Shown piece by piece: positions 30,446-40,173 of a stretch of DNA of 52,596 nucleotides (position 1 is the first letter of the stretch; each line of letters begins with the position of its first letter). The notes under the pieces were generated by a model. That model saw only the letters and a program-made list of their open reading frames with translations. It was not told the DNA's origin and ran no database searches. The position numbers were made by a program, and so were the translations under genes. Location of the stretch: positions 1-52,596 of IMG/VR virus record IMGVR_UViG_3300048057_000049; one strand, 5' to 3'. This stretch comes from a virus.

Positions 30446-31918
30446 ATGAGTGACCAGAACAACAAAAGACCTATAATAGACGACGATAAAGACGAACAAG
30501 CAATAGAACTAACTAAATGCGCGTTAAATCCAGGCTACTTCATAGATACCTACTTACAGATTGACGATCCCAACAAACCAGGTAGCGACTGGTTTCCATT
30601 CAAATTATGGCCTGCACAACGAGAAGCAATAAAAGTTATAGCTGAGAACGACAAGACGATCATACTGAAGGCACGACAATTAGGATTGAGTTGGCTCACA
30701 TTGGGCTACGCTTTACACATGATGGTATTCAAGCCAGGAAGCGTAGTCCTTTTGTTTTCCAAGACACGTGGCGATGCTAGAGAACTAATGCGCCGACTAC
30801 AGGGAATGTGGGACCGGCTTCCCAATTGGCTAAGACCGGATGTAGAGAAATCGCTAGAAGAGAGCTTGTCGTTAGCAAACAAGAGCAGAGCCAAGAGTTT
30901 CGCCACAACAAAACACAGCGGCCGCAGTTTCACGGCGTCATTAGTCATCATAGACGAGGCTGCATTTATTGATTTCCTAGATCAATTGCTAGTAGCCGCA
31001 GTAGCCACGGCGGACGCTGGAGGTCGCGTTATTGTCATCTCCACCAACGACAAGGAAAAGCCAAACAACGGTTTTGCAAAACTATACAAACGCGCAGCAA
31101 AAGGCATGAGCGAGTTTATAGCGTTGTTCATTCCCTGGTACGGCCGTCCAAGCCGCACAAATGAGTGGTACACAAACAAAATAAACACACAAGAGCAAGA
31201 CGATCTCTGGCAAGAATATCCCGAAGTGCCAGAACAGGCACTCGCCGGCCGGAGCAGCACCAAACGGTTTAAGCAAGAATGGATCAAGGCTTGCACACGA
31301 AATGACGATAGGCTAACGAAATATGGCAAGATCGGACTACCGAACATACCAGGCATAGCCTATTACCAACAGCCACAGTTAAACCGAGAGTATTTATTGA
31401 TCATAGATCCGGCTGAGGGAGATACTACGTCAGACTTCACAGCCATGACCTTATGGGACGCACTTTTGTGGGAAGAGGTCGCGTTCGCCATGGGCAAATG
31501 GGAGCCAAGCACCACAGCCAGTTACGCATGGCGCATAGCGAGTGTATACAACGACGCGACAATCTGTCCCGAGCGAAACAACCACGGTCATAGCGTGATC
31601 CTTGCCCTAGGCGAGATATACAGGTACAAATGGATCTACAAGAGCCCTTTTGACAAGAAGCAAGGTTGGCTCACAACCATGCGTACAAAGACATTGGCGA
31701 TAGACAAATTAGCCGAGCTAATGCAAGAGGGGGAAATAGGGATCAGAACAAAGATCACCTTAGCACAACTAGCCAACATAGAGGCCGGAACACAAACAGC
31801 ACCGGAAGGCGATTACGACGACGCGGCCATGACTGCGATCATAGCGGCAGGTGCCTTAACATGGACGACAATTAAAAAGCGGCAGAGAAGGCAGCGATTA
31901 GTCAGCATAAGCATGTAG
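30446..31918 (+). CDS. terL: terminase large subunit
   Basis: The segment KLWPAQREAIKVI...IILKARQLGLSWL and the acidic IIDEAAFI are typical of the TerL ATPase. The nuclease half contains DPAEGD. 490 aa, followed by the portal gene. Confidence 0.85.
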   Translation: MSDQNNKRPIIDDDKDEQAIELTKCALNPGYFIDTYLQIDDPNKPGSDWFPFKLWPAQREAIKVIAENDKTIILKARQLGLSWLTLGYALHMMVFKPGSVVLLFSKTRGDARELMRRLQGMWDRLPNWLRPDVEKSLEESLSLANKSRAKSFATTKHSGRSFTASLVIIDEAAFIDFLDQLLVAAVATADAGGRVIVISTNDKEKPNNGFAKLYKRAAKGMSEFIALFIPWYGRPSRTNEWYTNKINTQEQDDLWQEYPEVPEQALAGRSSTKRFKQEWIKACTRNDDRLTKYGKIGLPNIPGIAYYQQPQLNREYLLIIDPAEGDTTSDFTAMTLWDALLWEEVAFAMGKWEPSTTASYAWRIASVYNDATICPERNNHGHSVILALGEIYRYKWIYKSPFDKKQGWLTTMRTKTLAIDKLAELMQEGEIGIRTKITLAQLANIEAGTQTAPEGDYDDAAMTAIIAAGALTWTTIKKRQRRQRLVSISM

Positions 31919-31932
31919 AATAGGATATTACC

Positions 31933-33504
31933 ATGGCAAAGCCCGAATTAAACATAGAAGATCTTGAAGCGAAAATTCCAGCTATTAACGAGGCAAACGC
32001 CCTATTTGCAGCCGGAGACCATTGGCAAGGTGGCGCAGGTTATACAGGTCCGTCATTACCAACAGATCATCCATTGTACAGTTCATGGCTTACAGAAATG
32101 GAGCGAATTTTTGTATGGCAGGATGTACTAAAAGAGATCCGCAGGCGAGCGCGGTGGGCCTTAACAGGTAAGGCATGGACATGGAAGTTATTAGACAATG
32201 AGAACAAGCCTCTTCCAAAAAGCGAGGAAGAAGAACTAAGACGGTTCATTGAGGAATGGATGGAAGAGAAACAGGTGATCTCCATTGTTGCCGACGCAAT
32301 CGAGGATAGCAGTTGGGCCGGAGATGAAGGGACACCAGGCCGAGGTATGTTAAGATTCTACATACCGGAACAGCGCTTGGAGGGGGGGAGAGCGCAGGCC
32401 GAAGACCTTGGCCAAGCGATGAATTTAATTGAACTAGAAGCCCCTGCTCCAGCAACGGCCGTCGTATTCTCAGATGCAGACAGCGGCTATGAGAAAGTAG
32501 GCTTTATCAGCTGGGAAGAAGAAAAGGCGGGCGAGGGTTTTAATCGAGCCGAAATTGTTTATGTAGACGATAACGGCATGACCATATTAGAAAGTTTACT
32601 TGCCAGTGAAGCAGTCGCGGCAGGAACAACAGATATAAATTTAGGCGGTGCCTTAACCATGTACCAACTAGAACGGCCGTTGTTAATAGATGGTGCCATT
32701 CGCAGCCAGCAGCGGTTTTTAAACCACACGTTTACAGCATTTCAAGCAGGTATAGGCGGTGCGGCATGGCCTGAGAACTTCTTCTTTGGTCTATTGCCGC
32801 CAGGAAGTTGGGAGGAAAACGCCGACGGAGAGCTAGGATTTATTCCAGCTCCATTAGAGCGAGGACCAGGGCGCAGCCATTTCCTGCAACCAGCAACCGT
32901 ATTAGATGCAGACGACACCGAAAAGGCATTTGGCACAGGATACACCCAGGCCAGCGGGATCTCGCCACATTTATTTACCGAAGCGATCAAGGCGTTAAGA
33001 TCATCCATTATAGAATCAGCATTCCAAGAATATACGATGCTAACCGGCTTGGCTCAGGCAAGTGGAGAAAAGTTACAGTTAGCGAAAGGGGATTTTGAAG
33101 CGTCAATGACAGACATGGCGAACCAGACCAGGCTAATGGTACGCTGGGTGATCGAAACTGTGATCGCCTTGGCAGAGGGGATCACGGGAACGGCCGAGCC
33201 ACGAGGGATAAAGGCATTTGTAGAAGTACAGATCGACACCGGAGTTGTAACTATTGAGCAAAAACTATTACTCAGCCAGTTAAGAACCGATGGTTTTATC
33301 TCACATACGACTGCCTTAGCCGAGGCAGGCTACCAGCATCCGACAAAAGAAATAGAGGCATTGATCGCTGCACAAACAGAAGCAGGGCGTGTAGGCTTGG
33401 GTGAACCCAAACCAGGCATGACTGATGCAACGGCCGGAATTGCAGGAACTCAAGTGGACACGGAAACAACGCAGGTAGAAACGCCAACAGTAAGTAATAT
33501 TTAA
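31933..33504 (+). CDS. portal protein
   Basis: 523 aa, immediately downstream of terL. Called on size and position. Confidence 0.7.
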   Translation: MAKPELNIEDLEAKIPAINEANALFAAGDHWQGGAGYTGPSLPTDHPLYSSWLTEMERIFVWQDVLKEIRRRARWALTGKAWTWKLLDNENKPLPKSEEEELRRFIEEWMEEKQVISIVADAIEDSSWAGDEGTPGRGMLRFYIPEQRLEGGRAQAEDLGQAMNLIELEAPAPATAVVFSDADSGYEKVGFISWEEEKAGEGFNRAEIVYVDDNGMTILESLLASEAVAAGTTDINLGGALTMYQLERPLLIDGAIRSQQRFLNHTFTAFQAGIGGAAWPENFFFGLLPPGSWEENADGELGFIPAPLERGPGRSHFLQPATVLDADDTEKAFGTGYTQASGISPHLFTEAIKALRSSIIESAFQEYTMLTGLAQASGEKLQLAKGDFEASMTDMANQTRLMVRWVIETVIALAEGITGTAEPRGIKAFVEVQIDTGVVTIEQKLLLSQLRTDGFISHTTALAEAGYQHPTKEIEALIAAQTEAGRVGLGEPKPGMTDATAGIAGTQVDTETTQVETPTVSNI

Positions 33505-33524
33505 TCTAGTATAAGGGGTAAAAA

Positions 33525-33878
33525 ATGGATATAGACAGCAACACATTATTACAGACAACAGCCCTAGCTATCGTTACCGGCATGTTATTGCAGCTACTCA
33601 AGCCTGCCTTAAGCGAACACGTAAGTAAATCATGGTACCCTTTGATCGTAAACGTAATGGCGTTAGTTTTCGGCATTACGTTATCCGTAGCAGGATTGTA
33701 CATAGCGGAGATATTGCAGTTTAATGTATCCGAAGATGGTCCGGTAGTTGCTCTAGCGGTAGTAAGAGGTGTCATCGGTGCCTTCATGTCGGTCTATGGT
33801 TGGGAAGGGTATAAGAACATACGCAAAGCCGTATCAGGAAAAGAGCTGGACCCCCAAGGAGATAGCACTACCCCATGA
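33525..33878 (+). CDS. small membrane protein
   Basis: 117 aa with about 3 hydrophobic helices. Confidence 0.5.
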   Translation: MDIDSNTLLQTTALAIVTGMLLQLLKPALSEHVSKSWYPLIVNVMALVFGITLSVAGLYIAEILQFNVSEDGPVVALAVVRGVIGAFMSVYGWEGYKNIRKAVSGKELDPQGDSTTP

Positions 33879-34168
33879 TCCCAATCGGTTGCATGATAAT
33901 TCTGTATGGTCTTGCGGCGAGCATGTGCTTTTATGCAGCATCACTGGTCAGAAAGCGCCACATAACCAGTATGATGTGGGCCATGTTGGGATTAGGTTTC
34001 GGTGCATCTGCAGGCGTAATATTTTTTGTAACCGTAGCCGCTACTGATATCGAACTTTATCCAACACTCGCCATCTCGATAGCGAGATGGCGAGACACAA
34101 TAAGTGGAGTAGCGTTACTAGGTGCAAGCATTACAGTATATCTGGAGTTTAGAGGCAGAGATAACTAA
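33875..34168 (+). CDS. small membrane protein
   Basis: 97 aa with about 3 hydrophobic helices. ATGA overlap with the upstream gene. Confidence 0.5.
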   Translation: MIPIGCMIILYGLAASMCFYAASLVRKRHITSMMWAMLGLGFGASAGVIFFVTVAATDIELYPTLAISIARWRDTISGVALLGASITVYLEFRGRDN

Positions 34169-34190
34169 CCAGCAACTCCAGCGAGCATTA

Positions 34191-34526
34191 ATGCTCGCTG
34201 CAATTCCAGCACTGGCAAGTATGGTGACGGCTATAATAGGAGTTATCGCGGCATGGAACAAAAGTAGGGTCAGCGATGCAAAAATAATAACCGAATCCGC
34301 CTTAGACATAGTAGAAGAGCAAAAAAAAGAAGTCGCGCTGATAAAAGGCAGAGAGAAAAGATTGCGTGTGCTTTTGGGCCAGATGTGGCAAGGTCATCTG
34401 GAAAACATAGAAGTGCTAGAAAAAAATGACTTACATGCAGCTTACAGGCCATTCGGCGAAAAGAAGGAAGAAATACAAAGAGCCACAGTTGATATCAATG
34501 GCGGCGTGAACGATCATGTTCCTTGA
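34191..34526 (+). CDS. membrane-anchored coiled-coil protein
   Basis: The ATG at 34191 gives an N-terminal TM segment LAAIPALASMVTAIIGVIAAW followed by a charged helix. An alternative GTG start at 34122 would overlap the upstream gene. Confidence 0.4.
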   Translation: MLAAIPALASMVTAIIGVIAAWNKSRVSDAKIITESALDIVEEQKKEVALIKGREKRLRVLLGQMWQGHLENIEVLEKNDLHAAYRPFGEKKEEIQRATVDINGGVNDHVP

Positions 34527-34551
34527 CCTTAATAAGCGGATAGTCTATTAT
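34523..34551 (+). promoter_or_regulatory. sigma70-like promoter candidate (TTGACC, 17-nt spacer, TATTAT) upstream of the scaffold/capsid genes; overlaps the hairpin at 34543-34570
   Basis: -35 at 34523-34528 and -10 at 34546-34551. The 9-bp stem is gtctattat / ataatagac. Confidence 0.35.
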
Positions 34552-34587
34552 GAAGTACAGAATAATAGACGTGTATAAGGGGTAAAT

Positions 34588-35277
34588 ATGAAACAAAAAG
34601 ACAAAAACGACACAAACGACAGCGAAAACGACACAAACGACAGCGATGATGGTGCACGTCTAGCTGACTTCCAGGCACAGTTAGCCAAAAAAGACGGTGA
34701 TGCACTCCGTCTAGCCGAAAATTTACATACCCGTGTCTATGGCCTGCGACAACGAGCGCAAGCAGCAGAAGCATTAATCCCCGCAGATGATCAAAGAGTA
34801 ATTCCGGCAGCAGACTTTGATTTGCTTGCCGCCTACAAAGCGATTGGTACACCGGATGAAATCACGGAAAACCAAAACGCACTGGTTGGCCTACAGAAAT
34901 TCCAGATGGTGAATGACGCGGCACATGTCGCACACATGAATCCCAAGGTTTTATCTCAACTACTGCCAACCGAAGCTACATTAGAAATTGGCGAAGCCAC
35001 AAACGAAGAAGGACAGGCGACGCGTGTCGTTCGATTATTATCAGAGGGTAATGAACCTGTACTTCTCGACAGGTATGCTGAAACCAATTGGACAGATTTC
35101 TTACCAGCCTTAAATGGTGCAGGGCAAGAACAATCCGGAAAAACTTGGATTCCACAGCAAACCAGTAAAAGCGATGCTCAGAAAAGTCAGGGAAACCCAA
35201 TATTAGAGAGGAAACTAGAGGCGATCAAAAGGCGGTCGCAAGGAAAGTCTCCTCTACACCGAGGTGAAACAACATGA
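34588..35277 (+). CDS. putative scaffolding protein
   Basis: 229 aa, acidic and helical with Ala/Gln-rich segments. Sits between the portal and the capsid genes. Confidence 0.5.
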   Translation: MKQKDKNDTNDSENDTNDSDDGARLADFQAQLAKKDGDALRLAENLHTRVYGLRQRAQAAEALIPADDQRVIPAADFDLLAAYKAIGTPDEITENQNALVGLQKFQMVNDAAHVAHMNPKVLSQLLPTEATLEIGEATNEEGQATRVVRLLSEGNEPVLLDRYAETNWTDFLPALNGAGQEQSGKTWIPQQTSKSDAQKSQGNPILERKLEAIKRRSQGKSPLHRGETT

Positions 35278-35654
35278 GTCGAATAACGACTAACGACGAC
35301 GCGATCCCCTTTGTGGCTGACCTCATGTCAATAAGTCGCGATATGGGACGTGATATAGACTGGACTAATACCGGATCGGCTACCACCATTCCAGGTGGAA
35401 CCGCCATGGCCGTATTAGCCAGTGGTAAAATGTGTCCGCGTCTGACTATCCCAGGATCAGAAACCGCCGTTGGCTTCCTTATTGCCAGCGCCGACATGAA
35501 CGACGAGTCAGGCCGAGCAGGACATGGATTGATTATTGGTGGCGTTGTGTTTGAGAATCTGATTGCAGATTACGTCGATGCAGCGTGGGCCACGATCAAG
35601 GCCGAATTACCCACTACATTCCAGTTTGTAACTTACGGCGACGACCGAACCTAA
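35274..35654 (+). CDS. putative head decoration protein (lambda gpD-like by position)
   Basis: 126 aa, directly upstream of an E-family-like major capsid gene. ATGA overlap with the upstream gene. Confidence 0.45.
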   Translation: MSRITTNDDAIPFVADLMSISRDMGRDIDWTNTGSATTIPGGTAMAVLASGKMCPRLTIPGSETAVGFLIASADMNDESGRAGHGLIIGGVVFENLIADYVDAAWATIKAELPTTFQFVTYGDDRT

Positions 35655-35682
35655 GATTAGAAAGGTAACGAGGTAAAATAAA

Positions 35683-36798
35683 ATGAACTTAAACTTTGCT
35701 ACAGCCCTTTCGGTCCTGGGTCCGGACGCAGTATTTTCAATTACAAACGAAACTCGCCCACCCGATTGGTATATATTCAATACGTTGCTCCCAGAAATGA
35801 ACATGGAAACATATAATGTTGAAAATGGGAACATGACGATTCGATCCACAATGGCCGGTTTAGCGGCGACTGACAGCCCATATCCGCCAACAGGCATTAC
35901 CGAAGTCAGTACATTCATGGAGCAAGCCGCGAAACTGGCAAATCGCGTCGAGCTACCCGAGCGTGCTATGCGACGGATTCAAGAAGCCCTGAAAGGATTA
36001 GGCATTCAGGCCAGCCAGGATTTCATAGTAAACGAAGCATTGAACTTCTTGGACAAAGTTTTGCTCCAGGGGCATATAGATGCTTTTGAGTGGCTGCGAG
36101 CGCAAGCCCTGCTCAGTGGACAGATTGACTGGACGTTCAACAACATGAATTTGTTGGTAGATTACGGCATACCAGCCGCCAATGTGCTGACCACACGCAC
36201 CGGCACCGCAGCCTGGGATTCTAGCGCATCAGGTTTTTGGGCCGACGTCCGGCTCCTGCAAGCCGCATTGAAATACAATGTTAGGGCCTTCATTGTCCAC
36301 CCCAACACGCTGACCAAGATTATTGATAATGCAGTCAATGCTATCGAGATGGTAGCATACCGAGATCTTGGTAATGGTTCCCAAAGCTACACATTCCGCC
36401 GCTTGATCGGCACGACCGAAAGAGTAGATACGGACTTCCGCAACACAATTGAAATCATTGCCTATGGTCTTGAAGGAGAAATCCTGGACATCACAAACTT
36501 AGGGCAATCGACAGTTGTACCCTTCATGCAAGAGGGCAAAATACTGGCCATTGCAAATGCACAGCGCTCAGGATACAGAGTAGGAGAAGGATCTACAGAC
36601 AATCCGTACCTCTCTATGAGTCTGGGTTATACGCATATTGCTCCAACCGTTGAAGGTGGAGGTCAGTCCGGCCGTTGGGCGCAACTATACACGCCCGAAG
36701 CACTGCCTATGCAGTTACACGGCCGAGCAGTCACTAACGGTCTGCCTGTCATCGAGGTGCCTGAGAAAATCGCTATCGCATCCAGCGATCTATCCTAA
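35683..36798 (+). CDS. major capsid protein (lambda gpE-like family)
   Basis: 371 aa. Size, position and the N-terminal pattern resemble capsid protein E family members (from memory). Confidence 0.7.
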   Translation: MNLNFATALSVLGPDAVFSITNETRPPDWYIFNTLLPEMNMETYNVENGNMTIRSTMAGLAATDSPYPPTGITEVSTFMEQAAKLANRVELPERAMRRIQEALKGLGIQASQDFIVNEALNFLDKVLLQGHIDAFEWLRAQALLSGQIDWTFNNMNLLVDYGIPAANVLTTRTGTAAWDSSASGFWADVRLLQAALKYNVRAFIVHPNTLTKIIDNAVNAIEMVAYRDLGNGSQSYTFRRLIGTTERVDTDFRNTIEIIAYGLEGEILDITNLGQSTVVPFMQEGKILAIANAQRSGYRVGEGSTDNPYLSMSLGYTHIAPTVEGGGQSGRWAQLYTPEALPMQLHGRAVTNGLPVIEVPEKIAIASSDLS

Positions 36799-36820
36799 GG
36801 AATGGTGTAGAGATACGAAT

Positions 36821-37168
36821 ATGAGCGAGATAAAGATCCTAAAGAACGGTAATCGGTACATCGACTGGACCGGAAAACCTAGTACACAAGAAGCCTATCT
36901 CGCTCAATTCGCTAAGGCGGAAGAATTAGTAGCCAAACCGTTTAAGACATCTTCTTCCGTATTAAAGATAGATGCTACGCTAGAACGAAGTATCCTCTAC
37001 TCCAACATTCCCCATAAGTCTTTGCTGCTTGGCGCAGATATCACTGTATCTGATGATCTGCCCACGACCATAGCGGGACTAAAAAAAATAAGCGGTATTG
37101 GAAAAAAGTCAGCGGCCGATATTGCTCAATGGGTTGATGAACATTGGGGCATAGTGATTAAGGCATAA
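36821..37168 (+). CDS. hypothetical protein with a helix-hairpin-helix-like motif
   Basis: ATG at 36821. The motif is LKKISGIGKKSAADIAQW. The track start at 36638 overlaps the capsid gene. Confidence 0.5.
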   Translation: MSEIKILKNGNRYIDWTGKPSTQEAYLAQFAKAEELVAKPFKTSSSVLKIDATLERSILYSNIPHKSLLLGADITVSDDLPTTIAGLKKISGIGKKSAADIAQWVDEHWGIVIKA

Positions 37169-37170
37169 TC

Positions 37171-37566
37171 ATGAAATTGATACCTGCAGTACGGTTAGAA
37201 ATAGGAGACCAGAATCCTGAAAAGGGCATCTTGCCATCCGGCAGGCAGTTTACAGACGATGAAATTGTCTATGCGGCTGCCAGCGAGAGCATCACAGAGC
37301 TAGATACGCCAACACAACGGCAGATCGGCCGTACGGCGGCAAGATTGCTACAAATCGCCAGCACACAATGGGCATCACAACCAGAAGAGGTAGAGTTAGG
37401 GCCATCGGCAGAACGAGGAAAACAAAGCCAAACACTAGGACGCAAGGCCAGTGAACTACGAGCAATATGGGGTTTTGGCAACATAACACCAGGTGATCGC
37501 ACAAAAGGATCAACACCAGCATACTCCAGCAGCGGAGGCTACATCTTACCACCAGGAGTACCATAA
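37171..37566 (+). CDS. putative head-tail connector / head completion protein
   Basis: Called from position in the connector gene block. 131 aa. Confidence 0.4.
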   Translation: MKLIPAVRLEIGDQNPEKGILPSGRQFTDDEIVYAAASESITELDTPTQRQIGRTAARLLQIASTQWASQPEEVELGPSAERGKQSQTLGRKASELRAIWGFGNITPGDRTKGSTPAYSSSGGYILPPGVP

Positions 37567-37886
37567 TGTACAACCATGCCATGAAACAAGTATGTGCTAT
37601 ACAACAAGTGGATCAGTCTGGTGGCAGCAACACAACCGTGATCGCCGAACTACCATGTTCTTTCCCATATCCCTACATCTATAGACAGGCATCAGCCGAA
37701 ACAGCCTATGATTTTCAGCCATTACAAGTGTTCACCCATGTCCCTAAAGATCAAATCATAGAGGAAAATATGCGATTGGTTTTTGAAACAGGCAATGATT
37801 TCAGAATTCACAGCGTCAATAAATGGCCGTTAGTGCGGCCTGAATACCTAGAAATAATCCTGCAAGGTAGTGGACATGGCAGTTAA
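37566..37886 (+). CDS. putative head-tail adaptor
   Basis: Called from position. 106 aa. Confidence 0.4.
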   Translation: MYNHAMKQVCAIQQVDQSGGSNTTVIAELPCSFPYPYIYRQASAETAYDFQPLQVFTHVPKDQIIEENMRLVFETGNDFRIHSVNKWPLVRPEYLEIILQGSGHGS

Positions 37887-38313
37887 ACGATATACCGAAG
37901 ACCAGTTAGCCCTCTTTGCCCATGATATCGCAGAGTTAGCCGAGAAACTCGATGTTCGCCGCTTCTTCGAGAGTAACCCAAAGGATAGTCCGGTAGCCAA
38001 GATTGCCCATGAAGCCGGAACGCTTTTTTACATCTTAGCGCAGCAGCAATCGCCTTACGACACCGGAACTTTGCACGATGCTCATAGACGCGAAACCTCT
38101 ATTGAAAGTCCCTTTCAGGCTACATCGTCTATATTCATTGATCCGAGTCCGTCTATCATCAATCCCAAGTATGGTGGCTATCCAGGCCAATACGGGCCTG
38201 AATATCATGATGAACGTCGCGCCTGGTTCGATGAAGCGGCAAACATCATGCAGGATTCTTTCGACAGCATCATAATAAACCAGGTCGATATTATGTTGGA
38301 GACATTCTGGTAA
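37870..38313 (+). CDS. putative head-tail joining protein
   Basis: Called from position. 147 aa. Confidence 0.4.
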   Translation: MDMAVKRYTEDQLALFAHDIAELAEKLDVRRFFESNPKDSPVAKIAHEAGTLFYILAQQQSPYDTGTLHDAHRRETSIESPFQATSSIFIDPSPSIINPKYGGYPGQYGPEYHDERRAWFDEAANIMQDSFDSIIINQVDIMLETFW

Positions 38314-38753
38314 TGGCTATCCAAGATATTTCAGCAACACGGAAATATCTCGCCGGATTGTTGGAGGCAGACACGGAGATCGGCACAACAATGCAATTCC
38401 ATGTCTACGAATCACGACAATTACCGCAGGTATATGATCGTGAAATAGCCGTTTTTTCCGCCGGCTCTTCTCCTAATTCATATGCCGTTTTAGGCAGCGC
38501 TACCGGAGGGCCAGCATTTCAATTCTCGATTTGGTGGCTAGTCAAGTTTGCCGAAGGTAAGTTAGACGTAGCAGAGGATATAAGCGATAGTGTTGAAAAC
38601 GCTATCTACAGAGTGTTGTTGGAAGAGAACTATAAGACAGCCTATTGGCGTAAGATTCTTTTCCCTCAGCTAAGTTTACGGCCGTTAGCGCCAGGTGGCG
38701 TACAAAATGCACATTTCGGCCGTATCCTGACAAGGATGATGGTTAATGTCTAA
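38313..38753 (+). CDS. putative tail completion protein
   Basis: Called from position. 146 aa. Confidence 0.4.
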   Translation: MAIQDISATRKYLAGLLEADTEIGTTMQFHVYESRQLPQVYDREIAVFSAGSSPNSYAVLGSATGGPAFQFSIWWLVKFAEGKLDVAEDISDSVENAIYRVLLEENYKTAYWRKILFPQLSLRPLAPGGVQNAHFGRILTRMMVNV

Positions 38754-38979
38754 AAAAGCAACAGCCTCAAAAGAACACGAAGTGAAACAATATGTGATCT
38801 TGGAAAATGTCTGGTACAAAACAATGATACCGGCAGAGCGTGAGTTCATTAAAGCAGTCAAAGATCCTTACGCTGAAGATGCTCCACGCAGACCATTTGA
38901 ACATCTAGGTGAAGCAGACATCAACCGCCTACTTATGCGCGGCATTATTGCCGAGGACAAACAAGAAATTAAGGAGTAA
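38746..38979 (+). CDS. hypothetical protein
   Basis: 77-aa ORF. Confidence 0.4.
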   Translation: MSKKATASKEHEVKQYVILENVWYKTMIPAEREFIKAVKDPYAEDAPRRPFEHLGEADINRLLMRGIIAEDKQEIKE

Positions 38980-38985
38980 TTAAAC

Positions 38986-39441
38986 ATGGCTCTAACAGCA
39001 GAACGTTATATTCCCGACAGTGGTTCAGTAAAACTAAATGCAACAGAAGTCAATGGCAGCATAAAAACAGTCAGTGTAAACGCGCCCAGGCGAAATTCAC
39101 GATTAGTCAACAGCTTAGGAGGCACAGCCACAGAACTGCAAAGCCGCGTGAAGTCCGGCAATTACGAATATTCGCTTGACGTTATTGACGATCAATCACT
39201 AAACAACACTGCCAGTGGTGCATTAGGAGTATTATACGATTCCTATGAAAACGGCACTGCTATCACAAGTCTGTCCGTAGTACCGGCAGGAAGCACCGCA
39301 GGTATGGCCGAATACACCTTTGGTGACATCAGTGTAGTTCAGTGCCCACCACACGGCCAAATGGACGCAGACAGCGATGAAGAGTCCGTGGCTACAGTGG
39401 TCATTGAAGTAGGTACCATCACCATAGGCGCAGCAGCCTAG
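38986..39441 (+). CDS. putative major tail tube protein
   Basis: 151 aa, immediately upstream of the G/GT chaperone pair and the tape measure gene. Confidence 0.55.
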   Translation: MALTAERYIPDSGSVKLNATEVNGSIKTVSVNAPRRNSRLVNSLGGTATELQSRVKSGNYEYSLDVIDDQSLNNTASGALGVLYDSYENGTAITSLSVVPAGSTAGMAEYTFGDISVVQCPPHGQMDADSDEESVATVVIEVGTITIGAAA

Positions 39442-39495
39442 TTAGTAATAGGCTAGTTATAGGCAGCTAATACAACCAAAAGGGGAATAGAAAAT

Positions 39496-39846
39496 ATGGC
39501 AGAATTCATCAATCAAAAAAAGTACCCGTTAGTAGTAGGCGAACTGGAGGGATCAGTCACAATACCTATAATTCTTGAAGATGACGATCTAGGCATCTAC
39601 ATCGAGAATATAGAAGCGTCACGAAAACTATTACAGGAACGCGAAGAGAGTGGCGAGTCTCAAGGATTAGGTATCCACCTTAAATTGGGTAATCGGAAGC
39701 ATATCGTAAAGGCGATAACCTTCCCAGGCTTAACTATCGACAGCTTTAGAGAAAGCACAGCAAAACGGCCGTATCCAGCCGTTGCTGAAATAATAGTTGA
39801 TTTAATACAGCCATTGATTGATGATGCTCTAAACATAAAAAACTAA
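39496..39846 (+). CDS. tail assembly chaperone (G-like)
   Basis: 116 aa, upstream of the tape measure gene. Ends at a slippery heptamer. Confidence 0.6.
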   Translation: MAEFINQKKYPLVVGELEGSVTIPIILEDDDLGIYIENIEASRKLLQEREESGESQGLGIHLKLGNRKHIVKAITFPGLTIDSFRESTAKRPYPAVAEIIVDLIQPLIDDALNIKN

Positions 39847-40145
39847 TGCGGCTTGTCTGGTTATGGACACAGACAGACGAGAAAGAGCGAGGGCCAAGAC
39901 ATCCGATACTATCAATGGCCTACTGGCTGATAGATTATCAGACAAGCCGTGCTGCCGATGCAGTAGTTTTTCGCCTTCCCTATCCTGGAGGTAACTGGAG
40001 AGAAGAGAAAAACAGAAACGCACGTCTATTGCGTTTAATGGATCTCGCATGGAGAACAGCCAGAGTAGGGTATAAAACAAAGCGCAAAGAAAAACTAAAT
40101 AAAGAAGAGGAAGAGTTAATTGATATAATCGCTGAATTTTTATAG
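39496..40145 (+). CDS. tail assembly chaperone frameshift product (GT-like, -1 PRF at 39837-39843)
   Basis: A AAA AAC lies in the zero frame directly before the stop at 39844-39846. The -1 frame is open to 40145. Confidence 0.5.
39837..39843 (+). other. -1 programmed ribosomal frameshift slippery heptamer AAAAAAC
   Basis: X XXY YYZ pattern in the frame of 39496..39846, at the conserved position between the tail tube and tape measure genes. Confidence 0.55.
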
Positions 40146-40173
40146 GGGATAGCGACAGACCGGACTGCACAAT

